This document shows, in pieces, positions 54,225 to 63,513 of a stretch of DNA of 64,000 nucleotides; position 1 is the first letter of the stretch, and each line of letters begins with the position of its first letter. Where the stretch lies: assembly GCA_038319675.1 (NCBI GenBank), contig JBBQDM010000008.1, forward strand, positions 59,185-123,184. Reading direction: 5' to 3'. The DNA comes from Vicinamibacterales bacterium (GTDB lineage Bacteria > Acidobacteriota > Vicinamibacteria > Vicinamibacterales > SCN-69-37). The notes under the pieces are model-generated. The model ran no database searches. It was not told the DNA's origin and saw nothing but the letters and a program-made list of their open reading frames with translations. The translations under genes were made by a program, and so were the position numbers.

Positions 54225-55595
54225 TTACCCTCCCGATGAACCAGCCGCGGAATCGGAATCCCACCGACCGAGGATCGCCTGAATTGAATTGGGATGGTAC
54301 GCTGGAGGGGAGGCAGGTTCTGATTTCTTGGCACGCTCCTTCTCCTGACGCTCTCGTGCCAAACGTTCCTGTTCCTCTCGAGCTTTCTGCAGCTGTTCCT
54401 TCCCGATGACCCACGCCTCTTCGACGACGTCCTCGGGAGTTCGAATACTGTCATTAGAATGGCCGCCAGTTGTGACCCTCGTCTCTGGATGGGTCATTTC
54501 CGAAAAGTCGCTCAACGAGCGGCTTTTCTGTTGGAGCGGTAATTTCGCGTTCAGCGATTTTTGGCACCCCCAAGCCGGGATTCGAACTCGGATACACGTT
54601 GTAGGATCAGGGTTTTTCCTCAGGACGCCGCTCAAAAGCGCTGCGTCGATGCGATCGGTTCGAACGCACACACCCGGACAGCTTCTATTGTGGCAGCGGT
54701 AGTACACGCGGCCCTTTTTCAGTTCTCCCACGACACATCGTCCGCACCGGGTACACAGCAGTTGCCGGCGGAATGTGAAGTGGTGTCGGACTCGTGCTTG
54801 GCGCGTTGATCGCCGCCTTAAGACTTCCTGCACGCGCTCGAACAACCCCTGGCAGATGAGCGGCTCATGAACTCCCGCGAAGACCTCTCCGGTGCGCCGC
54901 AGACGCAATTGGCCGGCGTAGAAGAGGTTGTTCAAGATGCGAGACCACCCGTTGATCGAGACGGGTCTGCCGCTTCGATTTCTGAGTCCGGCCATGTGCA
55001 TTTCCAGCCGCAGCGTGCGGAGTGTGAGGTCACCCGAGGCATAGCGTTCAAAGGCGTGCCGGAGCAGGGGAGCCCGCTCAGGGTCTGAGGTCTTCGGCTT
55101 GGCCCGTCCGTTGTCCAGATATCCGAGAGGGGCCGCCATGGGATAGAGACCCTGACGAAACCGACCCCGCATTCCCTTCATCGTTTCCTCTCGGAGATTA
55201 CGTACAAAGTCCGCCGCAACCACCGCCTGGATGTCGGCGGCCAGGCGCCCGCCGCGGGAATGGAGGTCGAGGCCGTCATGGACGAAGCGGACATCGGCCC
55301 CCAGGTCAATGAGCTCGCCAATCTTGGCCCAGTCGTAGAGATTCCTCGCACCACGGTCGATGCGATGAATGAGGACACCGGCAGCCTGGTGTTTCCGGAG
55401 CAGATCCAGCACTTGTTCGAACACGGGCCGACGTCTGCCGGCAGCGCTCTGCGTTTCGGTGAGCCAGCGGCTGATGCGGAGATTCTGGACGGCCGCGTAC
55501 TGCTCGATGGCCAGCCGTTGTTCTGATAACGAGACGCCCGTAGCGCCTTGGCGAATGGTGGAGACGCGCAGGTAGGCGATATATGAGGATGACAT
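54225..55595 (-). CDS. Large serine recombinase (resolvase domain, recombinase domain, zinc ribbon) with repeat-encoded tail
   Basis: Has YLRVSTIRQ (catalytic Ser), IHRIDRGARN, and CTRCGR...YYRC. The last ~80 codons are shared with two other genes. Confidence 0.85.
   Translation of the reverse strand: MSSSYIAYLRVSTIRQGATGVSLSEQRLAIEQYAAVQNLRISRWLTETQSAAGRRRPVFEQVLDLLRKHQAAGVLIHRIDRGARNLYDWAKIGELIDLGADVRFVHDGLDLHSRGGRLAADIQAVVAADFVRNLREETMKGMRGRFRQGLYPMAAPLGYLDNGRAKPKTSDPERAPLLRHAFERYASGDLTLRTLRLEMHMAGLRNRSGRPVSINGWSRILNNLFYAGQLRLRRTGEVFAGVHEPLICQGLFERVQEVLRRRSTRQARVRHHFTFRRQLLCTRCGRCVVGELKKGRVYYRCHNRSCPGVCVRTDRIDAALLSGVLRKNPDPTTCIRVRIPAWGCQKSLNAKLPLQQKSRSLSDFSEMTHPETRVTTGGHSNDSIRTPEDVVEEAWVIGKEQLQKAREEQERLARERQEKERAKKSEPASPPAYHPNSIQAILGRWDSDSAAGSSGG
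54271..54467 (-). repeat. 197-bp direct repeat, copy 1 of 3
   Basis: Aligns without indels to 59358-59554 and 63563-63759. A 34-nt core CGGGAGTTCGAATACTGTCATTAGAATGGCCGCC is identical in all three. Confidence 0.9.
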
Positions 55596-55816
55596 GATGG
55601 GGATTGCTAGTGAATAACAGTTCTGCGCCCTTGGCTCTCGACTACGCTCCGAACAGGACGGAAGACGCGACTATTGGGCGTCGCGCTTCGACACTACCTG
55701 ACTTGCATCCCGAGCCTGACCTAGGAGAGAGCCAGGAGCACATTTGTGGTTCATCACCTGTACAGGTGCGCAAGGGTACTTTACAATTCTAGGCACCCAC
55801 AGGGGGAGTCACCGCC

Positions 55817-57556
55817 ATGCACCTAGAACAACTATCCATCAATCGGTTTCGTTCGTGCCTGTCAACAACGGTGCACTTCCACCCGGCTCTGACCGTCTTG
55901 GTGGGTGAAAACAATGGCGGGAAGTCAAATATTCTCGACGCCATAAGACTTCTGACAAAACCACTCAATGGCCGACGTGATAGGTATGCTGATGATACCG
56001 ACGTTCGACGCAGCGTAGAGCCCCATACTTTTGTAATAGAAGGAGAGTTCGCCGGACTAAGCCCTACGATTAAGGGACTGTTGATTGCTGCGGTGCCGGA
56101 CCCTGCCTCGGACCGAGCACTAGTCGGTTGCAAGTATGAAGCCCGGTCGGGTACCCGCCCCCGCGGTCGCTTCTCTCACTTGGTCGGTCCGTTGCAAGGC
56201 AGCCCAGAGGAGGGCTCCCTAGAACTGATTCGACACGTCTTCTTGCCCGCGCTTCGAGATGCTAACCAGGCCCTCGGCTCTGCCGGGGCCCTTCGTGTTA
56301 TGGCCCTCCTTCATCAGTTTCTTCCTCAAGAGGAAGAGGCTGACTTCCTGACTGCACTGCGACGCGATACGAGTCCGACGGCAGCCCTGACCAGGATGAA
56401 CTGCGATATTGATGACGCGCTGAAGTCTCTTACCACTGGCGTTCGCAGTCAGTCAGCGGCAGTAGGGTTCGGTGTTGAACGCGTTGAGGATATTGCAAGG
56501 GAACTGTCGTTTCGTCTTGGAGATTCCGATGACGCACTTGGGGACATCCGATCTTCAGGACTTGGATACGCGAACCTGCTCTATATGGCGACTGTCGTTG
56601 TTGAACTCGCCAAGGCACAGGATGCGGACTTGACACTATTCCTTGTCGAAGAGCCTGAAGCTCATCTCCATCCGCAATTGCAGCGACTTGTATTGGATTT
56701 CTTGCTTGAAAAGGCGAACGCCTCTCTTGTGCGCACCGTCGGGGCCGGCGTTCCAGAGGGTCGAATACAGGTTGTTGTAACCACGCATTCGCCCAATTTG
56801 ACTGCGTGGGTATCTCCTGCACATTTGTCGGTTGTGAGGTCTGTGGCCGAAGATCCTCCGCTCGGTGCGAGTACTAAATGTGTGCCCGTCGGACGTCTTG
56901 GCTTGGCCGATGAAGTGCTGAGGAAGATCAGTCGATACTTGGATGTGACACGGTCGGCATTGATGTTTGGGCAACGAACGATGTTCGTCGAGGGCATGGC
57001 TGAGGCTCTGTTGATCCCAATACTGGCTCGAAAGAAGGTGTTCATGCACGATGCCGATTCACTCGCACGGTTCCGGGGCGCCCTTGTTGTGCCGATAGAT
57101 GGAGTAGATTTTCGTCCGTATGTAGAGATCCTACTGACAGCGTTCGAAGGTGTTCGCATCGCCGATCGAGTTGTTGTTGTTACGGATGGCGATCCACATC
57201 TAGATGGCAACAGGAAAGAGGATCTTGAGGACTGGGCGAGGGGTGCGTCGGCATCAGGTGCTCTGGCCGTGTTTACCAACTCTCACACATTGGAACACGA
57301 GTTGTTCCTAGCTGGCAACGAAGCCGTCCTAAAACAGGTGTTCTTGAAGCTCAGGCCCAGATCTGTGCACCGCTGGGAATCTGACATTGAGGCCTTGGGC
57401 GCGGCTGAGCGGCCATTAGCATTTGTCCGTCTACTAAAGTCTTGTGACGTGCGCAAAGGCGACTTTGCGCAAGTTCTGGCGGACTGCGTTGAACGAGACG
57501 AGCCGTTCAATGTTCCAGCGTACCTAACCGACGCCATCAAGGCACTCTCGCGATAA
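55817..57556 (+). CDS. gajA: Gabija GajA (OLD-family ABC-type ATPase plus TOPRIM nuclease)
   Basis: Has LSINRFRS...LVGENNGGKSNILDAI (Walker A), FLVEEPEAHLHPQLQ (Walker B/signature region) and the C-terminal TOPRIM-like MFVEGMAE...VVVTDGD. It is followed by a UvrD-like helicase. Confidence 0.85.
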   Translation: MHLEQLSINRFRSCLSTTVHFHPALTVLVGENNGGKSNILDAIRLLTKPLNGRRDRYADDTDVRRSVEPHTFVIEGEFAGLSPTIKGLLIAAVPDPASDRALVGCKYEARSGTRPRGRFSHLVGPLQGSPEEGSLELIRHVFLPALRDANQALGSAGALRVMALLHQFLPQEEEADFLTALRRDTSPTAALTRMNCDIDDALKSLTTGVRSQSAAVGFGVERVEDIARELSFRLGDSDDALGDIRSSGLGYANLLYMATVVVELAKAQDADLTLFLVEEPEAHLHPQLQRLVLDFLLEKANASLVRTVGAGVPEGRIQVVVTTHSPNLTAWVSPAHLSVVRSVAEDPPLGASTKCVPVGRLGLADEVLRKISRYLDVTRSALMFGQRTMFVEGMAEALLIPILARKKVFMHDADSLARFRGALVVPIDGVDFRPYVEILLTAFEGVRIADRVVVVTDGDPHLDGNRKEDLEDWARGASASGALAVFTNSHTLEHELFLAGNEAVLKQVFLKLRPRSVHRWESDIEALGAAERPLAFVRLLKSCDVRKGDFAQVLADCVERDEPFNVPAYLTDAIKALSR

Positions 57557-59304
57557 TGGAACTGACTCCTGATCAGATTGCATTCGTCAGGCACCCTGGA
57601 GAGGTGTTCTTGGAAGCTTGTCCGGGCGCAGGAAAAACGTGGGCGATCTTGGCGAGAACTGTAGCAGTCTCGCAGGCCCTGCCTCCTCGACATGGTGTGG
57701 CGCTTCTGTCGTTTACAAACAAGGCCGTCGACGAGCTCGTGGCTAGAGTACCGTCTGAGTGTCAGCAGGACCTCGTCTTTCCCGGATTTATCGGAACGGT
57801 AGATTCGTTCGTCAGGTCATTTTTGTTTGCGCCCTACCACAACAGCCATCCAGGAAGAGTTCCGCAAGTTGTAGACAGCTGGGACGCTGTCGATGACGTC
57901 GCTGTGCGTCTGTCTGCGCCTGACAATTTCGGACAGGGCGCCAGTCTCGAGGCGTTCAATTCACTTTCTGGCCGAGTCTCAATCGCTCAGGTCGCACCCA
58001 CAATGCGAAACCACGTCGAGGCTCATCGTGAGCAGTATGAGGCTGCGGCGCGGAGGCTGAGAACCCGGCTTCATCGTTCTAACAGGTACAGCGCATCTGA
58101 TGTGCGGGCAATTGCGCTTTCGAGATTGGAGACCGAAGATGGCCCGTCCGCCCTGGGCGAGGCCCTTGCCGCACGATTCAAGCACGTTATCGTTGATGAA
58201 GCGCAGGACTGCAACCGTCAAGATCTCCTTTTGTTCGCGTGGCTTCGTCGACATGGCGTCTTGGTGACGATGGTGGGCGATCTCGATCAGTCGATTTTTG
58301 ATTTCCGGGACAGCTCCCCAAGTGAAATCAGAGCGTTCGCAGCTACCTACGCCGCTGGTGATCGTCAGCGGCTTACTGGCAACTTTAGAAGTGCCCCCGC
58401 AATCTGTTCGCTAGCAGCTTCACTGAGAAGCATCAAAGTGCCAGACCGGGCGGTAGGAGTGTACAGCACCTCTGACACACCAGTATTCCTATACATATAT
58501 CAACTGCGCCCAAGCATTGCAGTTGGACGGCGCTTTCTCGCACATGCTGAGTCCCTTGGAATTGATCGGCGCAATGCGATTGTATTGGCGCACAAGGAGT
58601 CAGTTGCCAGGCAGGTTGCGGGCGGCTTAGCAGCCGCCTCTGGGAATTCCAGATTGGAGCGCTTTGCACTGGCTGTTGCTGCAATTCATGGTGCCAGCTC
58701 GGCTTCTGAAAAGACGCGGGCCATCTCTGCAGTCGAGCATTTGGTGCTTCAGTTCCAGGGACGGATTGAGAGCGGCGAGTCGGTTCGCTCAGCCACAAGT
58801 CGTTTGGGTCTAAATGCTCGACTGTTGCGCCGGCAAGCGTTTGATTGGGTTTTTAGGATGCAGGCGACGTGTGACACCGAGGAGGCTTCGCTGGAGTCGT
58901 GGCTTAGAAGTGCTCAGGCTGGCCTAGAAGGACTTCGTGTGGAGTCGCCAGAGCAGACTAGCGCCCGCCGGTGGCTAACGCGCCCGAACCATGACAAGTG
59001 GAGCCGCGTCCTCATTACGTCTGCACGAGAACAGTCGCTGGCTCACTCGACGGTACACTCCGCGAAAGGAGGAGAATACGATGCGGTATGCGTGGTTATT
59101 CCTCCTGATGATCAGTCAGAACGAACGACGCGTCTCTGCAGAGCTTGGAGGGACGATCTGGACGATGAAGCGAGGCGTGTCCTCTATGTAGCCGCGACCC
59201 GGGCCCGGCGCGTTGTTGTAGTCGCAGTTCCCCATTCATTTCGCGCGGCTTGTGAGACCGCCCTAAGGACTTTCAACGTCCCGTACGCACTTCTTGATCC
59301 GTGA
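57556..59304 (+). CDS. gajB: Gabija GajB (UvrD/PcrA-like superfamily 1 helicase)
   Basis: Has ACPGAGKTWAI (motif I), VIVDEAQDCN (motif II), GNFRS and VHSAKGGEYD. Its start overlaps the gajA stop. Confidence 0.85.
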   Translation: MELTPDQIAFVRHPGEVFLEACPGAGKTWAILARTVAVSQALPPRHGVALLSFTNKAVDELVARVPSECQQDLVFPGFIGTVDSFVRSFLFAPYHNSHPGRVPQVVDSWDAVDDVAVRLSAPDNFGQGASLEAFNSLSGRVSIAQVAPTMRNHVEAHREQYEAAARRLRTRLHRSNRYSASDVRAIALSRLETEDGPSALGEALAARFKHVIVDEAQDCNRQDLLLFAWLRRHGVLVTMVGDLDQSIFDFRDSSPSEIRAFAATYAAGDRQRLTGNFRSAPAICSLAASLRSIKVPDRAVGVYSTSDTPVFLYIYQLRPSIAVGRRFLAHAESLGIDRRNAIVLAHKESVARQVAGGLAAASGNSRLERFALAVAAIHGASSASEKTRAISAVEHLVLQFQGRIESGESVRSATSRLGLNARLLRRQAFDWVFRMQATCDTEEASLESWLRSAQAGLEGLRVESPEQTSARRWLTRPNHDKWSRVLITSAREQSLAHSTVHSAKGGEYDAVCVVIPPDDQSERTTRLCRAWRDDLDDEARRVLYVAATRARRVVVVAVPHSFRAACETALRTFNVPYALLDP

Positions 59305-59308
59305 GGTT

Positions 59309-60667
59309 TTACGGCGCCACGGTCGAGTCTGCGGCAGAATCCGGATCCAATTGACCGAGGATCGCCTGAATCGAATTGGGATGGTACGCTGGAGGGGAGG
59401 CAGGTTCGGGTTTCTCGGCTCGTCGTTTCTGCTCGCGGTCTCGTATCAGACGTTCCTGTTCCTCTCGAGCCTTCTGCAGTCGTTCCTTCCCGATGACCCA
59501 GGCCTCCTCAGCCACCTCTTCGGGAGTTCGAATACTGTCATTAGAATGGCCGCCAGTTGCAACTTGTGCCACCTTGACTGTGGATAGTCGGGAATATGGC
59601 GTGGTTGAGCGACCTTTTCTGTGCACAGCGGTGTCGCATTGCGCCACCTTTTCCTCAAGACCCCCAGCGGGATTCGAACTTTCCGCGTCCATACTCAGGA
59701 GCAAAGCCAATACTTCTTCTCGAACACAGAGCCGGCATGAAGAGCCATGGCAGCGGTAATAGATGTGGCCCTTCTGGCATTCTCCGACGAGGGACCGACC
59801 GCATCGTGAACAAGACAGCGCAGCAGTGAAACGAAACGTGGATGCGCGTCGCTTGTGCCTGCCACGTCGAGCTCGCAGCAGCTTCCGAACGTCTTCAAAC
59901 AAGGCCTCCGATACTAGAGGCTCATGGTTGCCAGCGAACTCTTCGCCGGTGTGACGTAGACGCGTCACTCCTGTGTAGAAGCGATTGTTCAGCATGCGGG
60001 ACAGCGTTGCCACGAGCAAGACGCGCCCCTGTCGATTACGAAATCCATCCTTGGCGGCGCGGCCGGCCAAAGTCTTCAGCGTGTATCCCCCGGAGACGTA
60101 CATCTCAAAAAGCTTTCGGACGTATGCCGCCCGCTCTGGATCGAGACGCTTCACCTTGCCGGTTCCGCAATCGAGATAGCCAAGTGGGGCAGAGAATGGA
60201 TACAGGCCTTGGGCGAGCCGGCCCCGAAGCCCTTTACAGGTTTCTTCTCGAAGGTTGCGGATGTAATCCGCGGCCAGAATGGCTTGAATGTCTGCGGTCA
60301 ATCTGCCGCTCCGGGATTGCAGGTCCAGATCGTCTTGAACGAAATGTACCGCCACGCCGGAGTCGATCAATTCCGAGAGGCGAGCCCAATCGCTCAAGTT
60401 CCGGGCACTGCGATCAATCTTGTGCACGATGAGACCTGCCGAGTGCCCACGTTTTAGATCTTCCATAACTTCATGGAAGACCGGTCTGTCCCGATCCGCC
60501 GCCGTGTGCATTTCGGTGCGCCAGGACTGAATGAATAAATTGCGTGTCTCAGCGAATCTTTCGATGAGCCGCCGTTGTTCTGAAGGGGAAGTGCCTTGGG
60601 TGCCTTGGCGCTGGGTCGAGACGCGCAGGTAAGCAACGAATCCTTTCTTGTGCGAAATGGACTTCAT
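59309..60667 (-). CDS. Large serine recombinase (paralog) with repeat-encoded tail
   Basis: Has YLRVSTQRQ, VHKIDRSARN and CSRCGR...YYRC. The start at MKSISHKKG avoids overlap with the divergent gene. Confidence 0.85.
   Translation of the reverse strand: MKSISHKKGFVAYLRVSTQRQGTQGTSPSEQRRLIERFAETRNLFIQSWRTEMHTAADRDRPVFHEVMEDLKRGHSAGLIVHKIDRSARNLSDWARLSELIDSGVAVHFVQDDLDLQSRSGRLTADIQAILAADYIRNLREETCKGLRGRLAQGLYPFSAPLGYLDCGTGKVKRLDPERAAYVRKLFEMYVSGGYTLKTLAGRAAKDGFRNRQGRVLLVATLSRMLNNRFYTGVTRLRHTGEEFAGNHEPLVSEALFEDVRKLLRARRGRHKRRASTFRFTAALSCSRCGRSLVGECQKGHIYYRCHGSSCRLCVREEVLALLLSMDAESSNPAGGLEEKVAQCDTAVHRKGRSTTPYSRLSTVKVAQVATGGHSNDSIRTPEEVAEEAWVIGKERLQKAREEQERLIRDREQKRRAEKPEPASPPAYHPNSIQAILGQLDPDSAADSTVAP
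59358..59554 (-). repeat. 197-bp direct repeat, copy 2 of 3
   Basis: See copy 1. Confidence 0.9.
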
Positions 60668-60784
60668 GTTTGTTGGGGTTAGCTGGTAGAAGAAACGTTG
60701 CTGCCGCTTTTCAGTCAGAGGTCCTGTACAATTCCAGTTGAGCCTTGATGATTCCGTAGTTGAGCGTAGAATTGAAGGCGCGCG

Positions 60785-61957
60785 ATGCCAAAACAACTAT
60801 CGAACGAAACAACGAAGGAGGTTGCGACGCAGTCGCCGGTTCTTCCAGCTCGGGACGTTCCAGACAGAACCCGTCTATTCTTGTTTGTTCGTGCCGGTGG
60901 TCGATGCGAGTTCGACGGATGTAATAAGAATCTCCTCGAACACCACCTGACGCTCACCGCGGGCAATTTTGCGGAGATGGCTCACGTTGTGGCGTTCAGC
61001 GAACGTGGCCCACGTGGTGATGATCCACAGCGACCAGACGACATCAATGACATCTCGAATCTGATGCTCCTGTGTCCTCAGTGTCACAAGTTGATTGATG
61101 ACAATCCCGAGAACTTCAGTCGAGAGACACTCGACGCATATAAGAAAGATCATGAGGCAAGGATTGAGCAGCTGACGGCCTTAGGACCTGATCGAAAAAC
61201 TGCCGTCCTGATTTTCAAGGCTCTGATTGGAGGACAGGCGATCGCCATGCCGCTGGATCAGATTTTTGAGGCTACTGCTCCTCGATGGCCTGCATCTAAA
61301 CTTCCAATGACAATCGACCTTACTGGTATTACTGGTGGAGGTTCGGCATTCTATGAGACAGCGTGCGAGACAATCCAGCGTGGTATCGATCGACTCCTGG
61401 GGCCTGAAGGAGAGGGTGTCCGGAACGGGCACGTGTCGGTGTTTGCCCTCGCCCCGATGCCTTTACTAATGTGTTTGGGACGTCAACTTTCGAACAAAGT
61501 CCCCACCGACGTCTTTCAGCGGCACCGTGAGGATGAGCGGTGGACGTGGAGACAGGACGGGCCGCCGATAAATTATATGGTCCAGCGCGTTCGTGATGGC
61601 CGACCAGATAAAGTAACGTTGATTCTTTCATTGAGCGGAAGTATTCCTGTGGCGAGCCTGCCGGCCGATAGTGCTGATGCGACAATCTACGAAATTGCGC
61701 TTGATGGCATGGTTCCGGCACCGACGTTCCTTCGCCGCCGTCAGGATCTTGAGGCGTTTCGGCCGGTCTATCAGGAAGCTCTGGCCGTCATCCTCAAGGA
61801 ACATGGGTTATTGGCGAGTATCGATCTGTTTCCTGCAGTTCCTGCACCGATTGCAGTTCTCTGCGGCAGGGAGCTCTTGCCAAAGGTGCATCCGAAACTG
61901 AGGGTGTTCGATTACGACAGGGCGCAGGGCGGGTTTGTTTTCACTTTAGAGGTTTAA
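60785..61957 (+). CDS. cap5: CBASS effector, HNH endonuclease fused to SAVED domain (Cap5-like)
   Basis: The N-terminal HNH is GGRCEFDGC...AHVVAF...NLMLLCPQCHKLID. The C-terminal ~270 aa have a SAVED-like pattern. It is adjacent to the CD-NTase. Confidence 0.75.
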   Translation: MPKQLSNETTKEVATQSPVLPARDVPDRTRLFLFVRAGGRCEFDGCNKNLLEHHLTLTAGNFAEMAHVVAFSERGPRGDDPQRPDDINDISNLMLLCPQCHKLIDDNPENFSRETLDAYKKDHEARIEQLTALGPDRKTAVLIFKALIGGQAIAMPLDQIFEATAPRWPASKLPMTIDLTGITGGGSAFYETACETIQRGIDRLLGPEGEGVRNGHVSVFALAPMPLLMCLGRQLSNKVPTDVFQRHREDERWTWRQDGPPINYMVQRVRDGRPDKVTLILSLSGSIPVASLPADSADATIYEIALDGMVPAPTFLRRRQDLEAFRPVYQEALAVILKEHGLLASIDLFPAVPAPIAVLCGRELLPKVHPKLRVFDYDRAQGGFVFTLEV

Positions 61958-61975
61958 GAAACACACAAAACATAT

Positions 61976-62863
61976 ATGACAGATACCGAATATCTCACAC
62001 AGATCCTCGCAGATCAGAATCTCGGCTCAGATAGCGCTGAGTTGAAGGCATTGATTGAACATCGCGACGAAGTTGAGGAGTTGCTCCGCTCTTCATTTCC
62101 AGACAGTTCGCCAACAATTAGATACGGCGGCTCACGTGCTAAAGGCACGTTGATCAAAGAGTCTTACGACCTTGATATCGTTTGCTACTTCGAAAACGAT
62201 GACGTCTCGGCTGGCGAGACTCTTGAAGACATTTTCACTAATGTCGAAAAGGCCTTGGCCACGAAATATCAGGTCCAGAGAAAGCGATCTGCGTTAAGAC
62301 TGAGAGATTCAACCAGTGCAGTAGACTTTCACGTTGACGTCGTGCCGGGGCGATTCACGGACGATACGAAGACCGATTGTTATCTGTGGCAAGCAGAAGG
62401 AACGAAGCAGCGCCTTAAGACGAATCTTGATGTTCACATTGCACATGTGAGGGACAGCGGAGTTGTTCCGGCGATTCGGATTCTGAAGCTCTGGAAAGCC
62501 CGCAGAGCTCTGCCGGTCAAGCAGTTTGCGTTCGAGCTCATGATCATCGCCCTTTTGGGGAATTCAAAAACACTCTCGCTACCGGAACAGGTCAAGAAAG
62601 TGTGGACTGAAATCAGCGACCGTTCTGAAGCCGTCGCAATTGAAGATCCTGCGAATCCAACTGGCAACGACCTTTCAGATATCCTCGCGGGTGTTTGGTG
62701 GCATTTGTCAGCCACTGCCAGCGATGCCCTAGCAACACTGGAGGCTCAGGGCTGGAGTGCGATTTTCGGTGACATCGAAGAAGAGGTGACTGAATCAGTG
62801 TTGCATTCAGCTGCCGCGACCTCGTTTCCATCAAAGCCACACGGCTCCGCACTCAATGGCTGA
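61976..62863 (+). CDS. CD-NTase / SMODS-type Pol-beta nucleotidyltransferase
   Basis: Has GGSRAKGTLIKESYDLDIV (GS...DxD) and the third acidic residue in FHVDVVPG. Confidence 0.75.
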   Translation: MTDTEYLTQILADQNLGSDSAELKALIEHRDEVEELLRSSFPDSSPTIRYGGSRAKGTLIKESYDLDIVCYFENDDVSAGETLEDIFTNVEKALATKYQVQRKRSALRLRDSTSAVDFHVDVVPGRFTDDTKTDCYLWQAEGTKQRLKTNLDVHIAHVRDSGVVPAIRILKLWKARRALPVKQFAFELMIIALLGNSKTLSLPEQVKKVWTEISDRSEAVAIEDPANPTGNDLSDILAGVWWHLSATASDALATLEAQGWSAIFGDIEEEVTESVLHSAAATSFPSKPHGSALNG

Positions 62864-63491
62864 TGAATCCTCCCTGCGAGAGCTATTGCAGGGAATCCGA
62901 GAGCGGTACCCAGAGCTTGGATTCGCGAGAGATGAGCAGGGGTCGATGTTGCGGGGCTCGTTTCCGGTTTTGTATGGCTCTCGTGTGCTGAGTCGCTTCT
63001 TGATTGAAATGAGATTCCCCGAAGGCGTCGAGAACTTGCCTGCAATCAAGGAGATCGGTGGCCGCATTCCTCGAAGAGAGGGCCTGCGACATACCAATCC
63101 GGATGGCACCATCTGCGCTGGGGTTCCGGAAGTGTGGCTATTGAAAGGGAAGTCGTCACTTCTTGATTACCTGGATGGGCCAGTGCAAAGCTACTTTCTC
63201 GGGCAATTGTTCGTCGAACGAGGATTGCAATGGCCTCACGGGGAATGGGATCATGGGTGTGATGGGTACTACCAAGCGTACGGTGAGATGCTTGAGGTGA
63301 CGGTCCCGGAGACGATCAAAGGATACTTGGAACAAATTGCGAAGCCTGAAGGTCCAGACGAAAACGCACTTTGTCCTTGCCTTTCTGGGCAAGTGGTTCG
63401 AGATTGTCATCTTGAAAAAATCAATCAACTTCGCTCGAAAATCCCCATTTCGATCGCTGCGAGTGCTTTGAGTCGACTGAGGTGGTGTTAG
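62856..63491 (+). CDS. Prokaryotic E2-like ubiquitin-conjugating domain protein (E2-only Cap2 analogue) with C-terminal Cys cluster
   Basis: LRHTNPDGTICAGVPE resembles the E2 HPN...G.IC catalytic loop. The C-terminal CPCLSGQVVRDCH is SEC-C-like. It overlaps the CD-NTase stop. Confidence 0.65.
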   Translation: MADESSLRELLQGIRERYPELGFARDEQGSMLRGSFPVLYGSRVLSRFLIEMRFPEGVENLPAIKEIGGRIPRREGLRHTNPDGTICAGVPEVWLLKGKSSLLDYLDGPVQSYFLGQLFVERGLQWPHGEWDHGCDGYYQAYGEMLEVTVPETIKGYLEQIAKPEGPDENALCPCLSGQVVRDCHLEKINQLRSKIPISIAASALSRLRWC

Positions 63492-63513
63492 AGGACCGAC
63501 CTACAACAACGCT

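Noticed and set aside
54570-54600. tRNA-like T-arm strings on the minus strand inside the recombinase tails: GAGTTCGAATCCCGGCTTGGGGGTGCCA at about 54570-54600, with a similar string at about 59665-59695.
   Set aside because: No acceptor, D or anticodon stems can be drawn, and the T-stem has mismatches or an insertion. At best this is an ancient att relic. It was not called as an RNA gene.
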